Positions 30,087 through 39,323 of a stretch of DNA of 64,000 nt are shown piece after piece. This DNA comes from Candidatus Dormiibacterota bacterium. GTDB taxonomy: Bacteria; Chloroflexota; Dormibacteria; Aeolococcales; Aeolococcaceae. The translations under genes and the position numbers were made by a program. The stretch lies in contig CAWHWM010000005.1 in assembly GCA_963833055.1 (NCBI GenBank), forward strand, positions 9,321 through 73,320. The letters are read 5' to 3'. Every line of letters starts with the position of its first letter. The stretch's first letter is position 1. The notes under the pieces are model-generated. The model searched no databases. It was not told the origin of the DNA and worked only from the letters and a program-made list of their open reading frames with translations.

Positions 30087-31057
30087 GCATCGCCGCGGAC
30101 GAGCTCCTGGAGCCGATCTCCACGGAGCTGATCGAGTTCGAGCGCCGGCTCGACGCCGAGATCGCGTCCGACCTCGGGCCGATGGCGAGCGCGATGTCCC
30201 ACATCGTCAAGGCGGGAGGCAAGCGGCTGCGGCCGGCTCTGGTCATCCTCGCCGCGCGCCTCGGAGACGCCAACCCCGATGACGTGTTCAACCTGGCGAT
30301 GGGGATCGAGTTCATCCACACCGCGACGCTCGTGCACGACGACCTCATCGACAAGGCACCGACCCGGCGCGGGATCCGCACGATCCACGAGGCGCTCGGC
30401 CCCGACCCTGCCGTGATCATCGGCGACTATTACTTCGCCAAGGGCGCGTACCTGCTGGCCGAGATCGGCATGCCGGCCATCGACTCCGCGATCAGCCACG
30501 CGGTCATGACCATCTGCATGGGTGAGCTGCTCCAGATGACCAGCCGGAACGAGTACGACCAGACGCTCGCCGACTACCACCGCAAGATCGGGCGCAAGAC
30601 GGCGACCCTGGTCAGCACCAGCTGCTACGGCGGCGGGCTGATCGCAGGGCTCGACGAAGAGGCCGTGGAGCGCCTGCGCCGCTACGGCCACAGCCTCGGG
30701 ATGGCATTCCAGATCGCCGATGACGTCCTTGACTACGTGGCGACCAGCGCTGAGGTGGGGAAGCCGGTCGGCGCCGACCTGCGCCAGGGGACGGTCACCC
30801 TGCCGCTCATGCTCGCGTTGAACGACCGTGAGGTCGGCGCCCGGCTCCGCAGGATTCTGGCCAGGAATGACCTCAACGAGGAGGACTTCGACACCGTGGT
30901 CAGCCTTGTGCGCGGCTCGAACGCGATCGCTGAAGCAGAGCGCAGTGCCCAGGAGTTCGCGCAGGAGGCTTCAACCGAGCTGCAGGGCTTCCCGCCGTCG
31001 CCGGCTCGCGAGACGCTCGAGCGCGTCTGCGATTACGTGGTGGAACGGCGGATCTGA
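30083..31057 (+). CDS. polyprenyl diphosphate synthase (trans-isoprenyl chain elongation, HepT/IspB-like)
   Basis: GTG 30083 overlaps the murI stop (GTGA); first DDxxD LVHDDLIDKAPTRRG and second AFQIADDVLDY. Confidence 0.85.
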   Translation: MSIAADELLEPISTELIEFERRLDAEIASDLGPMASAMSHIVKAGGKRLRPALVILAARLGDANPDDVFNLAMGIEFIHTATLVHDDLIDKAPTRRGIRTIHEALGPDPAVIIGDYYFAKGAYLLAEIGMPAIDSAISHAVMTICMGELLQMTSRNEYDQTLADYHRKIGRKTATLVSTSCYGGGLIAGLDEEAVERLRRYGHSLGMAFQIADDVLDYVATSAEVGKPVGADLRQGTVTLPLMLALNDREVGARLRRILARNDLNEEDFDTVVSLVRGSNAIAEAERSAQEFAQEASTELQGFPPSPARETLERVCDYVVERRI

Positions 31058-31061
31058 CCGG

Positions 31062-31650
31062 TCACAACGCGCCGAGGCGGCGCACCTCGGTGCCGAAGCT
31101 GCGTGCCCACGCCGCAAGGACCAGCGCAGCCACCACGTACCCGAGCGCCTCGGCGACCGTCGCCGGCATGCGTCGATGCGATCCCCTTGTCGCCCGCCTG
31201 CGCGGCGATGAGGCTCGCGATCGTCCGCGCCACGTCCACGGCGGCGCACAGCACCACGACGACGAGCGCGGTCCTGACGACTCGATACTCGCGACGCAGC
31301 CCCGAGCGCAGCTGGGCGAGGGTCTGATGCTCGACTGCGGTTCTTCCCGGCGGTGGCTCGGTGGCGCCGTGCCGCAGGCGCAGGACCGCTGCGCCAAAGC
31401 ACAGGGCGGCAACCCATCCGGGCCAGAGCGTGCGCGTGGTTGACCCGGTCGCGATCAGCGTCTGCAACGGGTTGAGCGCATCGTGCGCGGCAAGCTCACC
31501 TGCGAGCGACTGGTGCAGGCGCACGAGCAGGGTGCCGGCGACGCCACACGCGGCCGCGGCGATCACCACCGCGATGCAACGCAGCGCGATCGGACCGCGG
31601 TCGAGGAAGACGAGCTCGGTGAGGTGTGCGTCGCGCTGTGGCTGCACCGT
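31062..31650 (-). CDS. hypothetical membrane protein, possibly frameshifted
   Basis: Hydrophobic segments in ORF 31033-31941 (minus) continue into ORF 31062-31412 (minus) in another frame; no family recognised. Confidence 0.25.
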
Positions 31651-31669
31651 GGCATTGTAAGTTCGGTCG

Positions 31670-32686
31670 ATGTCGCGAGCCAGAAAATCCACGCCCCGCA
31701 GGATTCGCGTCGCCACGTACAACATCCTGCTCGGCGGCGAGAGTCGCCGCGGCCTCATCCACAACGTGCTGCGGCGCATCGATGCGGATGTCGTCGCGCT
31801 CCAGGAAGTCAGAGAGATCGATCCAATCCGCGAGCTCGCAACCGACCTTGGGATGGAGATGTTGCTCGGTGAGCCGAGCGACCCGGACTCTCCGATGCAC
31901 ACCGCGATCCTCACCCGCCTGCCGGTGCACGCATGGCACAACCGCCGCCATCACGGACGGATGCTCCGGTCCCACCTCCACTGCGACATCGAGACGGGCG
32001 GCGCGGAGGTCCCGCTCGTCGGGGTCCACTGCCTCCACCTCGCCGCACGCTTTGGGGAGCGCAACAAGGGCGAGGCCCGGCGCATCCGCGAGATCGGCGC
32101 CGTGCTGACCGACATCGCCGATGAGCCGCATCTGCCCCACATGCTCATCGGGGACTTCAACGCGCTGTCCCCGGGCGACGACATCCTGGCGACGTCGTTC
32201 TTCCGGCGGATGAACGATCTTCGCCGCGCCGGATTGCTCGTCGCCGGACCGAACGGGGTGGAGCCGCTGGTTCCGGGCGCGTCGGACTCGGCTGACGGAC
32301 TGGCGGACCGGTGGCGGCGAGCGGGCGTTGATCCGCGCTTGCTGGGCGGCATCCCGGCGTTGCCACGTGTCGTCTCGCCACTCACGGCCGGCCTCCCCGT
32401 GTCGCGGGCGATGGACCGGCTCATGGGACGCCTGATCGAACGCTGGACGGTCGAGCGCCTGCTCAAGGAGGGATACGTCGACTCGTACCGGCGGATCCAC
32501 CCGCGAGCTCGCGGGCTCACCTGTGCGACGTGGCAGCTCTCAGCGCGGGTCGACTACGTGTTCGCCACCCCTGACCTTGCCGAACACGTCACAGGCGCGG
32601 ATGTGGTGGGGAGCAGGACATGGCCGGATCAGGACGCCGCCGCGGCGTCTGATCACTACCCGGTGGTCGCTGAGTTCAGCGTCTGA
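31670..32686 (+). CDS. endonuclease/exonuclease/phosphatase (EEP) family protein
   Basis: N-terminal IRVATYNIL, DADVVALQEV, C-terminal SDHYPVVAEF: the characteristic EEP catalytic motifs. Confidence 0.8.
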   Translation: MSRARKSTPRRIRVATYNILLGGESRRGLIHNVLRRIDADVVALQEVREIDPIRELATDLGMEMLLGEPSDPDSPMHTAILTRLPVHAWHNRRHHGRMLRSHLHCDIETGGAEVPLVGVHCLHLAARFGERNKGEARRIREIGAVLTDIADEPHLPHMLIGDFNALSPGDDILATSFFRRMNDLRRAGLLVAGPNGVEPLVPGASDSADGLADRWRRAGVDPRLLGGIPALPRVVSPLTAGLPVSRAMDRLMGRLIERWTVERLLKEGYVDSYRRIHPRARGLTCATWQLSARVDYVFATPDLAEHVTGADVVGSRTWPDQDAAAASDHYPVVAEFSV

Positions 32687-32709
32687 CCAGGGCGCCGACG
32701 CTGCGGGAA

Positions 32710-33162
32710 TCAGTTCCCGACACCACCGACGCCCGCCTGGATCGACGTCACGGCCGCGTACACGACGGCGAGGAACAGGATCGTGATCACGACCGCGACG
32801 ATGCCGGTGACGATGCCGGTGATCGCCATTCCCTTGCCGCCACCGCCGTGCTCATTCGCATGGCGAACCCCGATCGCCCCGAAGATGATCGCCAGCGCCC
32901 CGAGCACGATGCTGATGTAGTCGACGAAGGGGATCCAGCAGAGCACCACCGCGACGATGCCGCACACGCCACCGGTGATCCCGAGGCCATTGCTTGGGGC
33001 GACTGCGGGATATCCCTGCGGCACCTGGGAGTACCCGTACTGGCTGCCCTGGGGCGGATATCCCGGCTGCTGGGGTGGCAGCCACTGCGGCTGGCCGGGA
33101 GGAGCCCCCTGGGAGCCGTCCCACTGCGGCGGTTGCTGCGGAGCGTCTGGAGCGTCAGGCAT
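32710..33162 (-). CDS. DUF4190-like small membrane protein (proline/glutamine-rich N-terminus + 2 TM)
   Basis: MPDAPDAPQQPPQWDG...PQGYP then GITGGVCGIVAVVLCWIPF and second TM; architecture recalled as DUF4190. Confidence 0.7.
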   Translation of the reverse strand: MPDAPDAPQQPPQWDGSQGAPPGQPQWLPPQQPGYPPQGSQYGYSQVPQGYPAVAPSNGLGITGGVCGIVAVVLCWIPFVDYISIVLGALAIIFGAIGVRHANEHGGGGKGMAITGIVTGIVAVVITILFLAVVYAAVTSIQAGVGGVGN

Positions 33163-33195
33163 GTGGTCTCTCCCTCCTTGCGATCCGCGCGCCGG

Positions 33196-33741
33196 CTAGG
33201 TGGCCGGAGGTGGCGGTGGTGGCGGCGGCGGCGAGGTCGGAAGCTGCGGCCTCGAGAGTGGCGCGGTGGCCGGCTGCGGTTCCGACCGTAGCAGGTAGCC
33301 TCCGACACCGACGGCCGCAGCGGCGATGATGCCGATGAAGACGCCAAAGCTCGGCCCGGACGAGTAGCCAGGAAGGTCCGAGTAGATCGCATACACCGAT
33401 GAGTACCCGCCACCGGTCACGAGCCACAGCAGTGCGCAGAGGATCATCACCACGCCGATGCCCAGGTAGATCGCCGCGTCCGTGAAGGGGAGGGCGGGAA
33501 TGCTCACCTGGGGCACGAAGGTCCGGATCACGAAGAGCGCAAGACCGACCAGGATCGCCAGGAAGAAGATCCAGCCCGACCAGTACCCGAGCGCATCGTG
33601 GCCTCCGCTGTCGAGGCCGCTGAAGGTCGGGATGGTCGTGCTGTGCCACGGGAGGAAGGTGTCGATGAGCCCGACGACGAGCCCGCCGGCGACCACGAGG
33701 CCGCCATTCGACACCTGCTTGCCAGCGACGTTCATTGGCAC
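33196..33741 (-). CDS. paralogous polytopic membrane protein P1 with C-terminal poly-Pro tail
   Basis: 4 predicted TM; motifs FLPWHS, GYWSGW, IRTFVP..IPALP; ends TSPPPPPPPPPPAT (10 consecutive Pro). Confidence 0.7.
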   Translation of the reverse strand: MPMNVAGKQVSNGGLVVAGGLVVGLIDTFLPWHSTTIPTFSGLDSGGHDALGYWSGWIFFLAILVGLALFVIRTFVPQVSIPALPFTDAAIYLGIGVVMILCALLWLVTGGGYSSVYAIYSDLPGYSSGPSFGVFIGIIAAAAVGVGGYLLRSEPQPATAPLSRPQLPTSPPPPPPPPPAT

Positions 33742-33765
33742 CTCACACGTCCGTCGGAACGTTGG

Positions 33766-34308
33766 TCAGACGGACGCCGGCGGAGGAGGTGGTGGCGGGG
33801 TCCCAGACGGTGTCTGGTACGCGCTGAAGGGCTTGGTTGCCGGCTGTGGATCCGAGCGCTTGAGGTAGCCACCGACCGCGACGACGATGCCCATGATCAG
33901 ACCGATGATCAGCCCGAAGCTCACGCCGGCGGAGTAACCGGGCCCGGAGAACGACGCCGGAGCGCCGAGCAGGAGCCAGAGGAGCGCCGCAACGGCCATC
34001 ACCACGCCGACCACGATGTACGTCATCGAGTCGTTCAACGGCAGGGCCGGGATGGCCACGGTCGGAGCGAAGGTCCGGAGGATGATCAACGCGAGTCCGA
34101 TCAGCACGAACAGGAAGAAGAACCAACCCGTCCAGTAGCTCAACCCGCCGACGGACGCGCTGTCCGAGAACCCGCTGGTGACTCCGGCGATGCTGCCGGT
34201 GGAGTACGAGTAGCTGTACCAGGGAAGGAAGAGGGCGATCAGACCGATGATCAGTCCGACGCCGACCGCAATGTCCCCATTCGAAAGTCTCTTGCCTGCG
34301 ATGTTCAC
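33766..34308 (-). CDS. paralogous polytopic membrane protein P2 with C-terminal poly-Pro tail
   Basis: Roughly 40-50% identical to P1 by eye (FLPWYSYS, SYWTGW, LRTFAP..IPALP); ends GTPPPPPPPASV. Confidence 0.7.
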   Translation of the reverse strand: MNIAGKRLSNGDIAVGVGLIIGLIALFLPWYSYSYSTGSIAGVTSGFSDSASVGGLSYWTGWFFFLFVLIGLALIILRTFAPTVAIPALPLNDSMTYIVVGVVMAVAALLWLLLGAPASFSGPGYSAGVSFGLIIGLIMGIVVAVGGYLKRSDPQPATKPFSAYQTPSGTPPPPPPPASV

Positions 34309-34332
34309 GTGTGTTTCTCTCCCTCTTGTTGC

Positions 34333-34890
34333 TTATGCGCTTGGCGGTGGTGGCGGTGGCGGGCTGCCGTAACCGCCTGGTGGATTGCCGTAGCCGCCGA
34401 CGTTGGGGGTGGCCACCAGCGGCACGTCACCCGGCCACCGGCTGATCACGACGATGTACCACACGATCCCGTAGACGATCACGCCGAAGATCAGCCCGAA
34501 AATGGCGCCGCCCGCGGAATATCCGCCCAGCGTGTAGATCCCGCTGTACGCGACGATGTTCCCGATGGCGCCCACGATGGCGCCGAGGAACGCGAGCGCG
34601 AGTGCGTAGATCACCAGCCGCTTGCCGGCGCGGTTCATGCTGTACATCTGGAACCCGCCGATCGCGCCAATGATGTCTGCCACGAGGCCGATCAGGATGC
34701 CGATGAGCCAGATGCCGCCGAAACCGCCTGCAGCGAGGCTGAAGAGGGAGAACAGGCCGCCGATCAGGCCGCCGAATACCGCTCCAATGAGCGCCAGGAT
34801 GCCGATGACCAGCCCAAGGATCTTCGCGTTGACGTTCAGCTTTACCGGTGGGTTCGCCGCAAACGGCGGGTCAGTCAGGATGTTGGCCAT
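34333..34890 (-). CDS. glycine-rich polytopic membrane protein P3 with C-terminal poly-Pro tail
   Basis: Gly-zipper-like TM helices (GLVIGILALIGAVFGGLIGG...), ends GSPPPPPPPSA; same strand and spacing as P1/P2. Confidence 0.65.
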   Translation of the reverse strand: MANILTDPPFAANPPVKLNVNAKILGLVIGILALIGAVFGGLIGGLFSLFSLAAGGFGGIWLIGILIGLVADIIGAIGGFQMYSMNRAGKRLVIYALALAFLGAIVGAIGNIVAYSGIYTLGGYSAGGAIFGLIFGVIVYGIVWYIVVISRWPGDVPLVATPNVGGYGNPPGGYGSPPPPPPPSA

Positions 34891-34981
34891 TGGTTTGGGT
34901 GGTTCCTCCCAGCGTGAATGAGCAGGTGGGGCATCGACCTTGATCGGGTGCGCCAGGTCCCCGAGGCGCCGGATCGGTGGA

Positions 34982-35437
34982 TTATGGAGTAATCAGGGCC
35001 TCGTGGGAAAGGCTTTCACGAACTGTTCGACGGCGATCCGGATGCAGCCGCCTGAATACCGCAGCGGTGCAGAGGCCGGCTGCGGCAATCAGCGCCAGGA
35101 AGATCCCGATGCCGAGTGACCGTCCGGTCGCCTTGGCAAGGATCATCTGGATGAGCACACTCCCCATTGCAAGCGCAGCAGCGAGCGCGTGAGCGGTGCT
35201 TTCAGGAATGTACGGAGTGACGACGTCATCGACGAATCCTCTGCCAATCAGCAGCAGCAGGATGACGGCGGCAATCGCGATGAAGAAGACGTCCCCGAGC
35301 AGCGATGCTCGAAAAGCGTTAACCGTTATGTGCGAATGACCCGAGGTGTACGCGTACCACGGAAGGAACGCAACGAGGACACCAAGAGCTGCGGACGCCG
35401 CACCGATCGCCTCCGCCCTGTTGATGTGGGTGGGCAT
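34982..35437 (-). CDS. membrane protein P4, N-terminally related to P1/P2 (FLPWYAYTSG), no poly-Pro tail
   Basis: 151 aa, 4 TM; shares the N-terminal LPWY motif with P1/P2. Confidence 0.6.
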   Translation of the reverse strand: MPTHINRAEAIGAASAALGVLVAFLPWYAYTSGHSHITVNAFRASLLGDVFFIAIAAVILLLLIGRGFVDDVVTPYIPESTAHALAAALAMGSVLIQMILAKATGRSLGIGIFLALIAAAGLCTAAVFRRLHPDRRRTVRESLSHEALITP

Positions 35438-35542
35438 CGCCGAGACCTCGAGATGAACCTGGATGGAGCACCGGCCGCTGACGCGCGCACCGGTATGTGT
35501 GTGGTTGGTTCGAGTGAATGGTATGCAGCGCTGTCCGTACTG

Positions 35543-36334
35543 TCAACGCCGCCGGCGCGTGCGAGAGCTCGAATTGCCGGGTTTCACGCCGCCGCCTGGA
35601 GGTGCAACACCCGTGTCCGCGGCGAAAACCGGCGGCTTGCCGGCCACGAGCAGATCCCCCAGGGTGCGCCAGTTGAAGCGTTCGCTCCCGCGCCGCACCA
35701 GTTCCACAAAGCACGCCGCGGTTGCCTCGGCGTCGGCGAGCGCGTGATGCGGCTTGCGGTGCACGACGCCGAGCTCGCGGCACAGCCGCTCCAGGCCGAT
35801 CGTGTCCTTCAGATCGAACAGCTTCGCCGCGAGTCTCGTCGTGTCGACATTGTCTGCGTCGAGGCTCGTTCCGATCGCGCGGCCGATCAACCGGGTGTCA
35901 AACGCATCCGCGCTGTGCTCGACGAGCACGGAGCCTGTGGCAAAGCGCTGAAAGCGCTCAACAACGAGCGACACGGGAGGCGCGCCGTTCAGCGCTGCCG
36001 CGTCGATGCCGTGAATGCGTCGCGCATACGGATTGATCCGGTCGTTGCTGTGGACCAGCGTCTCGAAGCTCATCAGATGCTCGCGCATCGTGAAGGCGAC
36101 AGCGCCCAGCTCCACGAGATGGTGCGGCGACTGCCCCGTGGTCTCGCAATCGAGCGCGACGAAATGCAGCGACTCGATCGGCGTCTCTGGAGATGGCCGT
36201 TCCGCTGACCAGGAATCCAGAGCGTCGTCAGGCGAGGCAAAGGGCTCGGCACCCGCCGGACCGAGTTGCGAAAGAAACTTATCGCCCGTGGGGACCCTCC
36301 CTCGGCGGCGACCATATCGCCGGCGAGTTTCCAT
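35543..36334 (-). CDS. DnaQ-like 3'-5' exonuclease (DEDD family, DNA Pol III epsilon-like)
   Basis: Exo I FVALDCETTG, Exo II region VLVEHSADAFDTRLI, Exo III HHALADAEATAACF; R-rich N-terminal 50 aa may precede the true start. Confidence 0.75.
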   Translation of the reverse strand: METRRRYGRRRGRVPTGDKFLSQLGPAGAEPFASPDDALDSWSAERPSPETPIESLHFVALDCETTGQSPHHLVELGAVAFTMREHLMSFETLVHSNDRINPYARRIHGIDAAALNGAPPVSLVVERFQRFATGSVLVEHSADAFDTRLIGRAIGTSLDADNVDTTRLAAKLFDLKDTIGLERLCRELGVVHRKPHHALADAEATAACFVELVRRGSERFNWRTLGDLLVAGKPPVFAADTGVAPPGGGVKPGNSSSRTRRRR

Positions 36335-36381
36335 AAGACCACCATCCTAGAACGCCGGGACAGGAGAACCGGTGGCGACCC

Positions 36382-36387
36382 GCCGGA
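36382..36387 (+). promoter_or_regulatory. candidate -10 hexamer TATACT upstream of hemA
   Basis: TATACT about 15 nt upstream of the hemA start in the 68-nt divergent intergenic region; no experimental support. Confidence 0.2.
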
Positions 36388-36402
36388 AACCTATACTCGC
36401 TC

Positions 36403-37653
36403 GTGATGCGACTGGTAGCCGCCGGGCTGAGCTTTCGCACCGCTCCACTGGCTGTGCGGGAGGCTGCGGCCATCCCAGCGGCGCGCGCCGCGACGACCCT
36501 GCGCTACCTGGTGGGTCATGCCGGGCTCCATGGCGCGGCAGTGCTTTCCACCTGCAACCGCACCGATTTCTACATGGTCTGCCCCGACAACCTCGCCGCT
36601 GAGGTGACGCCGCGGCTGGCCCGCTACCTCGACCCGGGCGGTGCCCGCGGCGTGGAGCGTCACATGGTCACCCTCGAGGATCGCGAGGCGGCGCTGCACA
36701 TGTTCCGGGTGGCGAGCGGGCTCGAGAGCATGGTGATCGGCGAGGCGCAGGTGCTCGGGCAGTTCAAGGCAGCGCACCGCGTCGCCACCGATGCCGGCAC
36801 GGTCGATGCCCGCCTGGACTACGTGATGCGTCGCGCGATCTCCACGGCCAAGCGGGTTCGCACCGACACGGCGCTCGGCAGAGGGGCCGCGAGCCTCAGC
36901 GAGATCGCAGTCGAATGCGCACGCGCCTCGTGTGGCGACCTCGAGGGCAAAGGCGTCCTCCTTGTGGGCGCCGGCAAGATGAGCCGGCTGGCCGCGGATC
37001 GATTGCGTGACGAGGGGGCGCGGATCATGGCCACGTCGCGCGGTGAATCCAGCCGCCGCCTCGCCCGGTCGATCGGGGCGGAGCGAGTGGCGCTCGCAGA
37101 TATCGAAGACCTGGCCGATGGTGTCGACGTGATCATCGCGTCGACCGACAGCCCGAGCATCGTGCTTGACGCGGGCACGATCGAGACCCTGCAGCGCCGT
37201 CGTGACGGGCGGCCGCTCTGCATCGTCGACATGGCAGTGCCGCGGGATGTCGACGCCGATGCGGCCCGCGTGCCCGGCGTCACCCTCATCGACATCGACG
37301 ACCTCGGGAGGCGCGTCGGTGCGCGGCTCGACCAGCGCCGGCAGACGATTCCAGCCGCCGAGGAGATCATCGACTCCGAGCTCGAGAAGACGGTCACGGT
37401 GATCGGGCAGCGGGACACAGCCGGGCCGACGATCGCCGCCCTGGTGGAATGGGCCGAGGAGGTGCGTGCGCGCGAGGTGGCCCGGACCTTCGCAGCGGGG
37501 AAGCAGGTCGACGAGGAGACGCGCGAGCGCATCGATGTGCTGACGCGCAGCATGGTGCGCAAGCTCCTGCACGGACCGGTCATGCGCCTCCGCGAAGCGG
37601 GCGACCCGGCCACTGCGCTGGCGATCCGCGAGGCGTTCCGGCTCGACCGTTGA
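36403..37653 (+). CDS. hemA: glutamyl-tRNA reductase
   Basis: VGLSFRTAPLAVRE, catalytic VLSTCNRTDFY, NADPH fold LLVGAGKMSRLAA. Confidence 0.9.
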   Translation: MMRLVAAGLSFRTAPLAVREAAAIPAARAATTLRYLVGHAGLHGAAVLSTCNRTDFYMVCPDNLAAEVTPRLARYLDPGGARGVERHMVTLEDREAALHMFRVASGLESMVIGEAQVLGQFKAAHRVATDAGTVDARLDYVMRRAISTAKRVRTDTALGRGAASLSEIAVECARASCGDLEGKGVLLVGAGKMSRLAADRLRDEGARIMATSRGESSRRLARSIGAERVALADIEDLADGVDVIIASTDSPSIVLDAGTIETLQRRRDGRPLCIVDMAVPRDVDADAARVPGVTLIDIDDLGRRVGARLDQRRQTIPAAEEIIDSELEKTVTVIGQRDTAGPTIAALVEWAEEVRAREVARTFAAGKQVDEETRERIDVLTRSMVRKLLHGPVMRLREAGDPATALAIREAFRLDR

Positions 37654-38537
37654 CGCCGGCCGCCGAGACGTCAACCCTCCGCCTGGCGACGCGTGGGAGC
37701 GCACTGGCGCTGCGACAGGCGACCCTCGCCGCGGAAGCCCTGCGCGCCAACGGTCACGGTGACGTCGAGACGCTCGTCATTCGCACGGAGGGCGACCGCC
37801 GGGTCGACGCACCGATCGACCAACTCGAGGGTCAGGGCTGGTTCACCGCGGATATCGAACGCAGCCTGCTCGAGGGCCGCGCCGACATCGCGGTCCACAG
37901 CGCCAAGGATCTGCCGTCGGTGCTGGCCCCCGGCCTCGGCATCGCCGCCTACCTTGTGCGCGCGGATGTCCGCGACGGTGTGGTGTCGGCGAGCGGGGAA
38001 CCGCTCGAGGCACTCCCCGCCGGTGCGACGGTGGGCACCAGCAGCGCGCGGCGCGCGGGCCTCCTCGCGGCGATGTACCCGGGCCTGCGCCCGATCGCGA
38101 TTCGCGGCAACGTCGACACACGGCTGCGCAAGCTCGACGCCGGCGAGTTCGATGCCCTCCTGCTCGCGTGCGCGGGACTCGACCGCCTTTCGCTCGGCGC
38201 CCGGTTCACCCAGCGTCTCGACCCGGGGGAGTTCGTGCCCTCTCCGGCGCAAGGCGCGATCGCCCTCGAGACGGTCATCGGATCCGCGGTTGCGGCGGCC
38301 TGCGCCCAGGCCGGCGATGACACGACCAGGGTTGCCGTCACCGCGGAACGCGCAGTGCTCATCAGCCTCGGTGGGGGTTGCCTGCTTCCGCTGGGCGCGT
38401 GGGCCCGGGTGGAGGATGGGCGGCTCCTGCTGACCGCCGCGCTCGTCCAGGACGGGGCCATCCGCCGGGCCGAGGCGTCGGGGAGCCTCGACGCGCCGGA
38501 AGCGCTCGGCGAGACGGTGGCAGCGCAGCTTCGATGA
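37650..38537 (+). CDS. hemC: porphobilinogen deaminase (hydroxymethylbilane synthase)
   Basis: TTG 37650 overlapping the hemA stop; LRLATRGSALALRQA, AVHSAKDLP, cofactor-Cys region GGGCLLPLGAWA. Confidence 0.85.
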   Translation: MTPAAETSTLRLATRGSALALRQATLAAEALRANGHGDVETLVIRTEGDRRVDAPIDQLEGQGWFTADIERSLLEGRADIAVHSAKDLPSVLAPGLGIAAYLVRADVRDGVVSASGEPLEALPAGATVGTSSARRAGLLAAMYPGLRPIAIRGNVDTRLRKLDAGEFDALLLACAGLDRLSLGARFTQRLDPGEFVPSPAQGAIALETVIGSAVAAACAQAGDDTTRVAVTAERAVLISLGGGCLLPLGAWARVEDGRLLLTAALVQDGAIRRAEASGSLDAPEALGETVAAQLR

Positions 38538-39316
38538 CCGACGAGCGCCGGCCACTCGCCGGGCGGAGGGTGCTCGTGACCCGGACTCGCGAGCAGGCCG
38601 AACGGCTCGTGGACCGCCTCCACGACGCCGGCGCATCAGTGGTCGTCGTCCCGCTGATCACGACGGTGCCGGTCGCCGCGCCCGACGCCATCGCAGCCGT
38701 CGCGGCGGACGTCGCTGCCGCTCCGGCGCCTCGATGGGTCGCCTTCACGAGCGCCACGGCGGTGCGGCTTGTCGTCGGCGCTGCCGGCATCGAAGCCCTC
38801 TCGCCGATGCTCGTCGCAGTCGTCGGCCCCGCCACGGCCGCGGCTCTCGAAGCTGAGGGGAGAACGCCGGACCTGGTCGCCGCCGACCATGACGCAGCAG
38901 GGCTGAGCGCCGCGATGCTGGGTCGCGGCGTGGCGGGCGCAACCGTGTGGTTTCCCGTCGCTGAAGGATCGCGCGGTGACCTCGCCGGCTCGCTCCGTAC
39001 GGCCGGCGCAGCCGTCACCGAGCAACACATCTACCGGAGCGTCATGCCGGAGAGCGCACCCGAGCGTCTCCGTGCGGCATTCGACGGCGGCATCGACGCG
39101 ATCACGCTCACGAGCGGCAGCACCGCGCGACACCTCGTGGAGGCAGCCGGCGCGGCCGGCGTACCGCCTGGGGTGCCCGTCGTCTGCCTCGGTGAGCAGA
39201 CTGCGGCCGAGGCTCGGCGTGCGGGCGTGACAGTGGCGGCGATCGCGCGCGAGGCGACCGTGGACGCTCTCGTCGATGCTCTCAGCGAGTGTCTGACCCC
39301 ACAGCCGCTACGCTGA
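38534..39316 (+). CDS. hemD: uroporphyrinogen-III synthase (stand-alone, not fused to cobA)
   Basis: ATG overlaps the hemC stop (ATGA); HemD-like two-lobe Rossmann repeats (VLVTRTREQAERL...FTSATAV; ITLTSGSTARH). Confidence 0.75.
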   Translation: MTDERRPLAGRRVLVTRTREQAERLVDRLHDAGASVVVVPLITTVPVAAPDAIAAVAADVAAAPAPRWVAFTSATAVRLVVGAAGIEALSPMLVAVVGPATAAALEAEGRTPDLVAADHDAAGLSAAMLGRGVAGATVWFPVAEGSRGDLAGSLRTAGAAVTEQHIYRSVMPESAPERLRAAFDGGIDAITLTSGSTARHLVEAAGAAGVPPGVPVVCLGEQTAAEARRAGVTVAAIAREATVDALVDALSECLTPQPLR

Positions 39317-39323
39317 ACGCCGT

